This document shows positions 51,252 through 64,000 of a DNA stretch of 64,000 nucleotides, one piece after another (position 1 is the first letter of the stretch; the number at the start of each line of letters is the position of its first letter). The notes under the pieces are model-generated. The model saw only the letters and a list, made by a program, of their open reading frames with translations, had not been told where the DNA came from and ran no database searches. The DNA is from Octopus sinensis. Taxonomy: Eukaryota. A program made the translations under genes and the position numbers. The stretch lies in assembly GCF_006345805.1 (NCBI RefSeq), contig NC_043000.1, positions 163,866,001 to 163,930,000 of the forward strand, read 5' to 3'.

Positions 51252-51354
51252 CAGTAGTAGTAGTAGGAGGAGGAAGAGGAGGAGGAGTATAAGTAGTAGT
51301 AGTAGTAGTAGTAGTAACAACAACAGCAATAATAATGATAATAATAACGATTTG

Positions 51355-51562
51355 AAATGTTGGCACAAGGCCAGCAATTTTGCGGAAGGGAATAAGTCGA
51401 TTAATCGACACCAGTACTTTACTGGTACTTATATTGCAGATCACGAACGGATGAACGGCAAAGTCGACCTCGATGGAGATTGAACTCAGAATGTTAAGAC
51501 GGACTAAATGCCGCTGAGCATTTTGCCCGGCGTGCTAACCATTCTGCCAGTTCGCTGCCTTT
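51355..51562 (-). mobile_element. Nin/Deu-like SINE copy (tail type A)
   Basis: Reverse complement has the head AGGCAGCGAACTGGCAGAAT and a tail GCCTTGTGCCAACATTTCAAATC running into (ATT)n. Confidence 0.8.
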
Positions 51563-51610
51563 ATAATAATAATGATGATAGTAATAATAGTAATAATATT
51601 AGTAATAATA

Positions 51611-51648
<38 letters not shown>

Positions 51649-51789
51649 AATATACCCTGATGCAGTACCAGGCAGTGACTCCCTTGGCTTCTGATCTTAA
51701 CTGCTGAGAGTGGACCGGACAAGACACTATGCGACTTCAACTACCGGCACGTAACTCTGCTAAACGCAGAGTTAAACATTTCAGAGAAG

Positions 51790-52870
51790 GCGTTATCTGA
51801 TAGGTTGGAGCTTATCGTCGATACACTAGTAGGTGCGGCACAGATAAGTGCATCGTCCAATAGATTTATCCACGGCAATCTCTATCTCATGTGGTACATC
51901 ATAGAAAGGATGGGTAAAGAAACTAGCATGTATGGAGCCCTGATTAATTTAGATCAGTCGAAAGACTTTGATGGTCATGGCAGCTGGATTTCGTCCCGTT
52001 TTCAGAGGTTGGATCGCTGCAATGTACAGTGGCAGAATAAATGGTCACCTGTTGGGATCGTTCAGTATCATACGTGTGACCTTTCTCGGACCTTCTCATG
52101 CTCGAGCCACTTTTCCTGAAGCTAGAGTTTTCTTCTGGGGGCGTCCTGCAAGAACTAAGATGTGGGAACGCTGTGTCGACATATGCAGCTGACTTCATCA
52201 TGACTGTGTGGGAAACCAAACACATCGAGCTGATCTGGTCAGCACTGCTCCGAGGTTAGTAACAGGAACAAAAGTTGTCCAGAAAGAGTCGGTGATCCTG
52301 CAGCTGGAGAACTTGAAGAGCCGACCTATGCCATTCGACGGCATCGACGGACCAATTGTTCGGAGTCTGGTTTGGTCCAAACCTCTATGAGGCTAAGAAC
52401 TAGGACGCGATGACGACCGGATATAAGCTGTGAGGAAGTTATCCCTGACGAATGTTTACATTGCATCTATCATCTGCTACCAACAGATTGTTGTGCCTTG
52501 CTTCATGTCTCACCAGAGTAGAATCTTCGATCTTCCACTTGCTGTGGAAAGATTGGGTTCCGCTAGTCAGGTGTTTCACTTATTGATGACATCTAGAGTG
52601 GGGGATGTTGACAATATATAGAACTAATGATGCGTAGACATGTGCAAAGGCATCAAAATCTCCTTCAGCAGGTGTCACCTTTTGACAAACTCACATTTCC
52701 ACGGCTTATCCCTTTAACATAGCTATAATCCTGGTTCAAGCGTAGACTGAAGAATGGTGCCTGGTATCTACATGGTTGCCAGGGGTTCACATCCATCTGA
52801 CAGTCGGGCAATGTGGTCGGTGGAAACTCTGCTATGACGTTCTATATGAGATTAGTGGCAGGCAAGCCTG
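51790..52870 (+). pseudogene. Old decayed Tx1-like RT fragment
   Basis: IHGNLYLMWYIIER...GALINLDQSKDFD and AAGFRPVFRGWIAAMY align with 25771-26766, with many indels. Confidence 0.8.
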
Positions 52871-54226
52871 ATTACATCCTTCAAGAAAACACCTAAAGGA
52901 GGCAGATTTTTATTAACTAGTAACGTTCATTAGCATTTTGAATTCAAATCCGACGAAATAAGCACCTGCGTAGGCGAAATTCCAGAGTTGTTACAGACAA
53001 CAAATTTGACAGAATCGCTAAAAAGAATTCTCCACAACTCTTTCAGTTTGATTCCTGCCGTGGTTCATTTTGTCTGTCATTCTTTTGGGGGTCCAGAGCG
53101 ATGGGATGGTGGAACTGTAAGAATTTCAGTCCAGATGTTTTGCAGTAATTCTTTCGTGTTCTTTGTATTGAGTCCAAATCCCACCATCACCTATTTGGGT
53201 GACACTTTGAGTATCATTAGCGGAAACCAATCTGTTGTGAGTACAGGTTTCTGGTTTGAATATACCTTCTGTCATCTCTCCCACTAGTCTTAAGGTCCCT
53301 ATTAAGAATTATGGACTCTGCATTCGTTTCTAACTAAAACTTTAAATATATATATTCGGCTGATATAATTGACTTCACTCTTCCGCTATATTTTGAGATC
53401 TTGTTCCAATGCCAGAAATGGTATTGCCCTGGTTTAGATACTTTACATTTTGTCAGACTAATTGTTGCCTGAAATAACATTCATCCTTGTGATGCACTCG
53501 AGTTGATTCAACTGATGATCATAGCTCTCTCGCTTAGAAACGTATGGCTTTGCGTTAATGTAAGTAAATCCTTATTGTTATTTTCCGCAAAGTCAGCAAA
53601 GAAAATAACAAACAGCAGACAGTTGGCAGAAAACAACAGAACAGCTGCAAGTTATGAAATGGTCATAAAAGAGTAAAAAATGAAAACGAAACATGTACTA
53701 TGATTGCTATATCATGCCCTGCAGACGGAAACATGCCAATCAAAGTGATTGCAATACCGACTATTTACACATAATCTTGAAGGAGAAGAAACTATACTGA
53801 AGAACATAGTTATAATTATCATAATCTAGACACTGATGTAAAGAAAAACGAAGAATTTAATACCGGAATTAACTCACCTGGGTTTCCTCTGTTTCTATTT
53901 TTGTTTGTTTCTTGTTCGTTTTCTTTGTTTTTATTCCTTACATTTTTCACCCGTGAAACTGAGAACAGAGTTCATTTTGCAGAACACACGTATTTGTGAG
54001 GGAGATTTTATGCAATGTAAACTATATGCGTTCACAAAGAAGCCTTTTTCTTAAACTCTTCAGTTTACTTACATTACACAGGTATTCACATACGCATAAG
54101 CAAACATGCAGACACAAGTCTTTACAAGACACACATAAGACACACACGAAGAATATAGTTGTATAAAGACAGAAAATGCAAAAGAAAAATAAATATATCT
54201 AATTGTATTCTATAAAAACACAGATA

Positions 54227-54323
<97 letters not shown>

Positions 54324-54416
54324 CAATATGATATGATGTGTAAAAAAAATAGCAAAACACAAGCTGAAATACAGCAGAAATAGTAAAAAATATAAGGATG
54401 TCAATGATAGCAAGAA

Positions 54417-54623
<207 letters not shown>

Positions 54624-54724
54624 TATTATTATTATTATTATTATCATCATCATCATCATCATCATAATTATTATTATTATTATTATCATTATTATTATTA
54701 TTAATATTATTATTATTATTATTA

Positions 54725-54765
<41 letters not shown>

Positions 54766-55694
54766 GTTGTTGTTGTACTGTCATAATGAAGAACTGTATT
54801 AGGTAATGGACATAAATAGCAGAAAAGGAATAAAAAACAATTATGTAATCTCATTTCGCTTGCATTTCAGAAAACTCAGGCAGTGTTAAAATATATGGCC
54901 GACATTCTAGACAGTTATGCTTAACTTTGGCTCCGGGAAGCTCGTTTACAGACTGTTGTGTTCACCTTGAAAATATCTGTTTTCCCTGTTCAATTCTTGT
55001 ATAAATGTGTGGAAGGGATCTACTAACTGCTAGTTTTTTTGTTTTGTCTTTTTTGGCGGTGGGGTGCCTTTTATTGTGAAGCATCCCCCAGCTTAGGGCG
55101 GGAGTTGCCGATATAGTTTTTCCTAAGTGAGATATCTGTCGGAGTTTAAAAGTGATTTTGTGGTAGAAGAGATATGTGTATATTCGAATAACAAAGTTGA
55201 AGATATTCAGGTTTATGAGGTTTTTAAATTGAAGATATTCGGGGGGTGGGGGTTAAGGTATTTTCAACGACGAATTCAGATGTGCAGCTGGGTTGTAATA
55301 GCATTTCTGTCTTCAGATCTGCGAAGAAAACGTCAAGTCGCTAACTCTAGCGTCAATTTTGTTTTATTTCTTTCCTTTTATTATATCAGTAATAATCGTT
55401 GAGCGAGAAAAGTTGCTATTTGGAGAAGAAGAGAGAATTGCATGAGAATTATGAGGGAAAGAGAGAGAGAGTGAACCACTGGGAAGCTTGGCTGCTGAAT
55501 CTGTGTCGTCTGATCACAAAGCAGACGAGAGGATCCCTACCACCATCTTCACTACCTCCACCACCAAGAACAACAACAACAACATCAATATCAATATCAG
55601 CAACAACAACATAGAGAAGAAACATAATAACTATAGCAAAAATAACAACAGTTACAATATCGATAAATGTCCACTCCTACCAACCAGCCATACC

Positions 55695-55927
55695 TATTTC
55701 TTTACTGCCCACAAGGGGCTAAACACAGAGAGGACAAACAAGGACAGACAAAGGGATTAAGTCGATCACATCGACCCCAGTGCGTAACTGGTACTTTTTT
55801 AATCGACCCCGAATGGATGAAAGGCAAGGTCGAGCTCGGCGGAAATTGAACTCACAACGTAACGGCAGACGAAATACCGCTAAGCATTTCGCCCAGCGTG
55901 CTAACGCTTCTGCCCGCTCGCCGCCTT
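55695..55927 (-). mobile_element. B-tail SINE, full length, with TSD
   Basis: The 15-bp TSD CCAACCAGCCATACC is at 55680-55694 and 55928-55942. Confidence 0.9.
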
Positions 55928-56897
55928 CCAACCAGCCATACCATCATCATCATTAACACTACATTCACAACCAACAGCCTTATCACATCGTCCCCCACTA
56001 CAGGCATCGCCACTACCTCATTCGCTTTGCATTAATGAAACACCAACAGAAACCACAACAGCTGCAGTAACTACGACAGTAATACCAACTGCAACAGATT
56101 CAACAACTCCTTTGTTGCAGTCACAAAATTTTAGGAGCAAGTTTCCTCGGAAGAAAAATACAGAAATCTGATCGACGCAGAAAAATTCCTCAATCGATGA
56201 AATAGGAAAACCCGATTTGCTTCCGAATTGATGGAAAAAAAACTGTTACAAAAACTATTTTATGCCGATGACTTTCAATTAAAAATCTGAGAATTTTTAA
56301 TGCTTCACTTAACCAAGTCGAAAAATACTTAAAGAGATCATGATGGACATTGGCATTATAACTCGAGGAAGATAATATGACTCTATGGAAATGAGATTCC
56401 TTACTGAATTTTTGGCACAGATGCATTCAATGATCCAATGCAGGCACGAGGGTCTACTTCTCACATACCTTGGTCAGCGTGTGGTAAAAATTAAAATAAC
56501 AGACATGCCACTAGAATTAAACATCAGTTACACATGCGAATGAATTTATTGAAAGATGAGTAACAGTGAGGAAAACGGCAAGAGTGGGAGGCACAACTCT
56601 AAGTATAAGCTTGTAAAACGGAGAGCAAAGATTGGAGAGGGCACGTGCCCTTAATGTTCAGGGAGATCTTGGATGGTGGAGTTCCTAGACTTCCTGTAAT
56701 AGGAAGTGTGCATTATCATCAACATTTTGTTTTAATACTGTGTATTGTGTGTAATCGCATGCAATTGAGACTGTATACCACATACTTTCTTTTTAATCGT
56801 TCCATTCTGTATAAATTCTTACTCTTGCTGTCTGTCTTTATAACGTCCTTCTCACTGTGCTGTTATTATTATTATCATTATTATTATTATTATTATA

Positions 56898-56943
<46 letters not shown>

Positions 56944-57499
56944 GAGTGAGCGAGCAGTTCATGCCATCAAAGTGACACTGGGGTAAAATATACGAAGCCC
57001 AGTATACCCATAATGACTACCCGTCTGATAAAGGTACACCAGGCACATGCATCACAACCATATGTGCGCGACATGGTGATCTCATATCAAGATAAGCAGC
57101 ACATGACCTTGCAGGTGGGGCCCAGTTGGAATTTTCTTCAGGTCGAGTAACCCATCCCGCTCAAAAGGTCCCTGAATAAGGGTTGTTTAAGGACGTTGAA
57201 CGAAACACCCATGTTTCCAGAGGTGAATTATTCAAACCCCAAAGAATCCTTCTCAACACATGGCTATGATGCTCCCCCACTACTTCTGCTCGTGATCAGA
57301 GATGCACATATCGTCAGCCACTAAGGGACATGCTCAACTGGTTAAGGTCAAACAACTGACAAGCAAATCTGTGGTATTGAGCAGAATATTTGCTGTAGCC
57401 CATCTTTTATACCAAGACAAAACAATGTACATGATAACACTTCCAATCAGTTAAGATCAGGAGCCATGAGAGCCACTGCCTGGTACTGCATCAGGGCAT
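56944..57499 (-). mobile_element. ~555-bp non-coding element embedded in (TAA)n
   Basis: Complex sequence with (TTA)n at both junctions. Its minus-strand 5' end (ATGCCCTGATGCAGTACCAGGCAG...) recurs at 51652-51703 after a TAA/TGA tract. The orientation is inferred. Confidence 0.7.
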
Positions 57500-58287
<788 letters not shown>

Positions 58288-58290
<3 letters not shown>

Positions 58291-58543
58291 TAGTTTTATT
58301 TTTATAACGTGCTTTCACAGTACTACCGAGCACAGCTCTGTGTGCCTTGGGTATGTGCTGTTATTATTATTATCATTATTATTATTATTATTCTTATTAT
58401 TATTATTATTATTAATTATTATTATTATTACTATTATTATTATTACAGTAGTTTTATTTTTATAACGTGCTTATCACTTGCTTTTCACTTCACTGCACTA
58501 CCGAGCACAGCTCTGTGTGCCTTGGGTATGTGCTGTTATTATT

Positions 58544-58577
<34 letters not shown>

Positions 58578-58675
58578 TATTATTATTATATTATTATTAT
58601 TATTCAGTAGTTTTATTTTTATAACGTGCTTTCACTGCACTACCGAGCACAGCTCTGTGTGCCTTGGGTATGTGC

Positions 58676-58729
<54 letters not shown>

Positions 58730-58827
58730 TATTATTATTATTCAGTAGTTTTATTTTTATAACGTGCTTTCACTGCACTACCGAGCACAGCTCTGTGTGC
58801 CTTGGGTATGTGCTGTTATTATTATTA

Positions 58828-58898
<71 letters not shown>

Positions 58899-58966
58899 TA
58901 GTTTTATTTTTATAACGTGCTTTCACTGCACTACCGAGCACAGCTCTGTGTGCCTTGGGTATGTGC

Positions 58967-59018
<52 letters not shown>

Positions 59019-59131
59019 TAGTTTTATTTTTATAACGTGCTTTCACTGCACTACCGAGCACAGCTCTGTGTGCCTTGGGTATGTGCTGTTATTATTATTA
59101 TTATTTTATTATATTATTATTATTATTATTA

Positions 59132-59167
<36 letters not shown>

Positions 59168-59235
59168 TAGTTTTATTTTTATAACGTGCTTTCACTGCAC
59201 TACCGAGCACAGCTCTGTGTGCCTTGGGTATGTGC

Positions 59236-59270
<35 letters not shown>

Positions 59271-59391
59271 TATTATTATTTATTATTATTATTATATTAT
59301 TATTATTCAGTAGTTTTTTTTTATAACGTGCTTTCACTGCACTACCGAGCACAGCTCTGTGTGCCTTGGGTATGTGCTGTTATTATTATTA

Positions 59392-59423
<32 letters not shown>

Positions 59424-59543
59424 TTATTATTATTATTATTATTATTATTATCTTTATTATTATTATTATTCAGTAGTTTTATTTTTATAACGTGCTTTCA
59501 CTGCACTACCGAGCACAGCTCTGTGTGCCTTGGGTATGTGATG
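58288..59543 (-). repeat. Tandem array of nine ~73-bp LINE 3'-end modules separated by (TTA)n spacers
   Basis: Units start at 58288, 58446, 58605, 58743, 58896, 59016, 59166, 59308 and 59471. Spacers are 85, 69, 65, 80, 47, 77, 70 and 91 bp. Confidence 0.95.
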
Positions 59544-59973
59544 TGGTTTGCTGTGATGCTCTTATGGTTATTGTATTGAAAGTGTTATACGTAGGATGTG
59601 TCCAGTGCTATTTTCTGTATATTATATATATTTGTTAGTCCTGGTGTTTTTGTTATGTGTTTTTCTGAATATTTTTTAGCCTACCTAATGCGCCCACTAT
59701 GATAGGAATTGTTTCTGTTTTTAGACTCCACATTCGAGTTACCGCTATTGCCAGCTCTTTATATTTTGAAAGTTTCTCCATTTCTTTTAGAGAAACGTTG
59801 TCATCTATTGGTATTGATACATCAATTAGAAAGCATTTTATTTCTTCATGATTTCTGACAACTATATCTGGTCTATTGGCCTTAATTACTCTGTCTGTGT
59901 ATATTAGCATATCCCATAGTATTATTGCCTTCTCATTTTCTGTGACCTTTTCTGGCGTGTGCTTACACCATCC
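59471..59973 (-). mobile_element. R4/Dong-clade non-LTR retrotransposon 3' end (RLE domain plus 3'UTR)
   Basis: WCKHTPEKVTENEKAIILWDMLIYTDRVIKANRPDIVV...LIDVSIP.D.NV..KE.EKLSKYKELAI...IPIIVGALG. The 3'UTR runs directly into (TAA)n. Confidence 0.88.
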
Positions 59974-60248
59974 TTCTCATCTCTCACCCGAGTGACAAAT
60001 AAAAGAAATCATTATTGTTATCATTATTATTATTATTGTTGTTGTCGTCGTTGTTGTTGTTGTTGTTGTTGTATGAAAACTCACAGCTTATTTTGATGAG
60101 TATGATGGAGTGTCAGCTGTCCACCAGCAGACTAAGGTGACACTTGTTTATTGGTCATGCTTCAAAAATCCGGCGAAGAATTTTTGCAATTACTTGTTTA
60201 CTCCACTTGTAGCATGGCAAACGGTTGCTGGATTACGCCCGTGCCCAC

Positions 60249-60539
60249 TCTTTTGTATTCGCGTTGTACGAGATTACAGTACTCAGTAACAATATGGCTT
60301 GTACTTTCTCCCTACCCAGAACACATCCTGCACTGTGGCGAGTCAGTGCTTTTATCAATGTGATATCTGGAGTAGTTTGTTCTGAGAGCTTGTTCTTGAG
60401 CGCTGCACACTAATGCCTCAGTGGGCCCTTTTAAGTCTCCTTTCTGCAGCCATTGCCAGGTTCTATTCCATTCAATTTCATCTTTACTCTTCAAGAACTG
60501 ACTGTGCATTTTCTTGTCCAGCCAAATTTTCTTCATCTA

Positions 60540-60574
<35 letters not shown>

Positions 60575-60833
60575 CCTCTCTCTATCTCTCTCTTAAATCG
60601 TGTTGGATCTACGGCTTCGTTCACTTTTAAGGTTCCCTGCATTTTCACTGCTTCAATAATTTCTTCTTTGCTCCCCTCGACATACCAAGCCAGGCTATTC
60701 TCCTCTTCCCTTACACAGCCTTCACAACACACCAATCCCCGCCTTCCTTCTTTCCTCTTTACATACAATCTTGACACATCGCTCTTGAGGTGTAATTCCT
60801 TGTTCATTGTCATATGGTGTAGTTCCTTGTTCT
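60249..60833 (-). pseudogene. R4/Dong-clade ORF fragment (post-RT region and CCHC zinc finger)
   Basis: TMNKELHLKSDVSRLYVKRKEGRRGL, WLQKGDLKGPTEALVCSAQEQALRTNY...CRMC and ESTSHIVTEY..L.QREYK. The 5' junction is in a TAA-like tract and there is a (CT)n insertion. Confidence 0.85.
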
Positions 60834-61099
60834 ATTATTATCATCATTATTATTTGCTACTGACATCGATCAAACATTAAAAATTTTCCTCAAAGTTTTC
60901 AGAGTCACTGAAAAAACTAATCGCTATTTCATATTTTATTTTACTTTGAACATTTTGAAAAATTTACTCCTTACTTGAGTTAGAAAACAAGATCAGCTTT
61001 TTATTTCCATTTAAGTTATTTGTCTAACGCAAAAACAAAAATAATTCTTCTTGGTCGGGATACGCCCCTAAAATATATTTACAAAATTGGGTACGTGTA

Positions 61100-61410
61100 T
61101 TCTACTATAGTCTCGGGCCGACCAATGCCATATGAGTGGATTTGTAGATGGAAACTGAAAGAGGCCCGTCGTATATATATGTGTGTGTATGTGTGTGTAT
61201 GTGTGTGCATGTGTGTTTGTCCCTCATCATCGCTTGACAACCGATGTTGATGTGTTTACGTCCCCGTAACTTAGCAGTTTGGCAAAGGAGCCCGACAGAA
61301 TAAGTACTGGGCTTACAAAGAATAAGTCCTGAAGTCGATTTGTTCCACTATAGTTGGTACTCCGGCATGGCCGCGATGAAATTCCAGAAACAAATAAAAG
61401 AATAAAAGAA
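61100..61410 (+). mobile_element. SINE family C, 5'-truncated
   Basis: TTCTACTATAGTCTCGGGCCGACC...CGCTTGACAACCGATG...GCATGGCCGC. Confidence 0.8.
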
Positions 61411-61586
61411 TATACAAATAAAAATGACAACAAATATAGTTCACTACTGTTTCTACTTCCCGAATTTTCACCTATCGCGAGACGTTTCAGAGCGTAGCAC
61501 CCGCGATACATACATACATACATACATACATACATACATACATACATACATACATACATACATACATACATACATACATACATACA

Positions 61587-61621
<35 letters not shown>

Positions 61622-61857
61622 TGTGATGGCTTGTTGCCAACTAATGTGGCAGTCTCAGAAAAGGGGAGAATGCTACTGCTATTTAGCCCGAAGAAACACC
61701 ATTTCTAGTTGGCTATGTGACACAAGCGTTCTGTGTCTTTAAGTTGTCAAACAGGGGAGAAATGCGATATTTCTAATTTCGTAGATCAGTGAATTTATTT
61801 CACTTGAAATTCTAAGTTTTCAACAGCAATTTAGTACTGACAGCTAGCAAGCTACTC

Positions 61858-61896
61858 CAGACTGATGAAAAGCAATTACTCTCAAACTAGTTTCTG
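61858..61896 (+). ncRNA. Decayed minimal hammerhead motif
   Basis: CAGA-CTGATGA-AAAGCAATTACTCTC-AAA-CTAG-TT-TCTG. Stem I and the ACTAGT palindrome are present, but G12 is missing. Confidence 0.35.
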
Positions 61897-63055
61897 TGTG
61901 CTTGCTTTGTTGGGTGGAGGTGCTTATCTCCCTTGTTTGAAAACTTAAGGACACAGAACGCTTGTGTCGCGTAGCCAACTAGAAATAGCAGTAGCATTCT
62001 TCTCTTTCCTGGAACTGTTACATTAAGTTGGCAACAAACCATCAATTTATTGTCCTGCAACTGCATAGCTTTCTCTGAGAGATTTAGAAATGCAATATTT
62101 CTAATATATATATATAACGGCTGAGTCACCAATTGCAATCGATGAGTGTTATGGTGCAACGTCGGGAACACCAAGTTGTAACGGTAGAGGTTAATTTTGT
62201 GTAACGGCTGGAATTAAATTATTTTCGTAACGATGCCTTGAAATGTGTGCAACGGCAGAATTTAGATTTTGTGACGGTTGAAATTAAATTGTAAACAATA
62301 GTATGGAATGTCGGAAACGTAATCAGTTTGTAAGGATTATTTTTTTCGTTGATTGGCATGGTATAAAAATGAAAGATCAGTGATTGAAGTTGTGAAGAAA
62401 ATGTTTATTTTTACCGTCACATTTGTATATACCTTGCCTGGACGGGCAGAGGATAAAATCCAAAAGCATACGAAGTCAAGTCAGATGTCGTAGATTTTCC
62501 TTGTATAGTTTTGTGTACACGTATACTTAGCAGTAATCCACAGATAGCGATAGAATGATGGTGTAAGTGAACAGAATTACAGCTAGTGAAAGTTGTAGGG
62601 TCGTGGGAAGTGGTCTCATGGTTGTTGACAGGAAATTTCATTTCTCCTTCTGACCATTGACTTTAGTAGCTGCCTTGCTTGTGATCATGATTCTAGCGTT
62701 CCGTTCCCGAACTAATGGTAGCTGTCTCTGACTCGAGTTGTCAGGAACCGACTAACTGATTGCGTTGTCGCTAATTGACTGGTTTTTGCTTGGGGGCTCT
62801 TGCTTTTATAACTATCTACAAGGATAGACATATCGTCCAGAATAATAGATTTCGTTGGTGGTACTTGTTATCTTAATTCTAGCTTTTCGTGGAATAGAAG
62901 AAGTAGTAAAGGCATTATTTCGGCCTTGCTAGGGCATCTGGCAAATGTAAACTGTCACAGAAAAACTATTGCTCCACCGTGAGAAAAGTTCTGTTGAACT
63001 GTTACTTGAAATTTGGCTATGGTGGATCGAATTCACTTCATGCCTGCAAGATTCA

Positions 63056-63131
<76 letters not shown>

Positions 63132-63155
63132 CTATATATATATATATATTATATA

Positions 63156-63215
<60 letters not shown>

Positions 63216-63852
63216 ATAGATGGATATAGATAGACAGGTAGACAGACAGATGGAGGCAACACTCTCGCTAAAAAAAAATTTCGGTGTTCGGAATGTTATC
63301 TACAGACAAGATTGTCCTTTGGACCATGCCAGACGCGCACCAAAATTAGAACGTATCCTTTTCGCAAGGACCTTTACAAGCAACAACCTGGTGTGACCTG
63401 AACAGGCAAATCATTGTATGGGACAGGGAGCAAAAACAAAACAAGCACTGTTGTACAAGTAAACTGAACAGAACAAAAAAAAGAAGGTGGAAAGAGGGAA
63501 GGGGCGGTCGAAGAATGAGAGGCTAAGGTATATATGAGCGGTTGGCGGGTAACGGGGGAAATCAAAATTTTGGATGGGTAGGTGTATTAAAGTGCCGAGA
63601 TTGAGATTTCAGAGTGTGTGTGAGAGAGAGGGAGAGAGAGAGGGAGATGTTGGATGGAGAGAGAAAAGAGACAAAAAGGAAATGTGAATGAGAAAAGAAT
63701 GAGAATAGGTGTACGAAGAGAAAGGCAACGGATGGCAGAGTAGAATTGTGATTAGTATGGAGAATGAAATAGTTACTTCTTTTGATGTTTACTAGACCTC
63801 GTGTCTCCTTCTAGGATGTTACAGAAATGGCGACTGTGTGAAGTCATCAATG

Positions 63853-63894
<42 letters not shown>

Positions 63895-64000
63895 TCATAT
63901 ATATATATAGGTACATACATCGATAACCAGACAGACAGACAGACAGATATACGTGTATATGCATATATCTATATATATTTGTGTGTGCATGTGTGTGTAT

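Noticed and set aside
53050-53545. Possible decayed GIY-YIG (IGDGGIWTQYKEH) and a CTGATGA...GAAACGTA core at 53512-53544
   Set aside because: Protein similarity is only a few residues, stems I and II barely pair, and the two signals are on opposite strands.
57440-57499. HDV-like or hammerhead ribozyme at the 5' end of the 555-bp element
   Set aside because: The core is CTGATGC rather than CTGANGA with no GAAA, and the CCTG/CAGG helix encloses only 9 nt, too few for an HDV nested pseudoknot.
58288-59543. Bona fide CRISPR array
   Set aside because: The repeats are 73 bp, the spacers are pure (TTA)n rather than unique sequences, there are no cas genes, the context is eukaryotic, and the repeat is the 3'UTR of the adjacent LINE.

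Overview
This is an AT-rich, microsatellite-saturated stretch of eukaryotic DNA in which I could not support any intact host gene. The SINE families and repeat content resemble octopus (coleoid cephalopod) genomes; this is recall, not a database result. Almost all listed ORFs are translations of (TA)n, (ATAC)n, (AGAT)n, (ATT)n or (GTA/GTG)n tracts. The real content is mobile DNA: at least four tRNA-derived SINE families; decayed LINEs (Tx1-like, CR1-like, RTE-like, R4/Dong-like and a second RLE-type); Penelope-like remnants carrying hammerhead ribozyme motifs; and DNA transposons (a full-length Tc1, mariner derivatives, a pogo/Tc2-like element and MITEs). Four things stand out. (1) A CRISPR-looking array at 58288-59543 has nine ~73-bp copies of an R4/Dong 3'-terminal stem-loop module separated by variable (TTA)n spacers. 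(2) A fully canonical type I hammerhead lies at 4014-4101 (-), with six further near-canonical or decayed hammerhead motifs elsewhere. (3) Each LINE lineage sits in its own microsatellite: Tx1 in (GATA)n, CR1 in (TA)n, Dong in (TAA)n. (4) One SINE subfamily has a 3' tail matching the 3' end of the Tx1-like LINE. Most boundaries are approximate to a few bases. The many 1-bp indels inside microsatellites may be long-read consensus errors.
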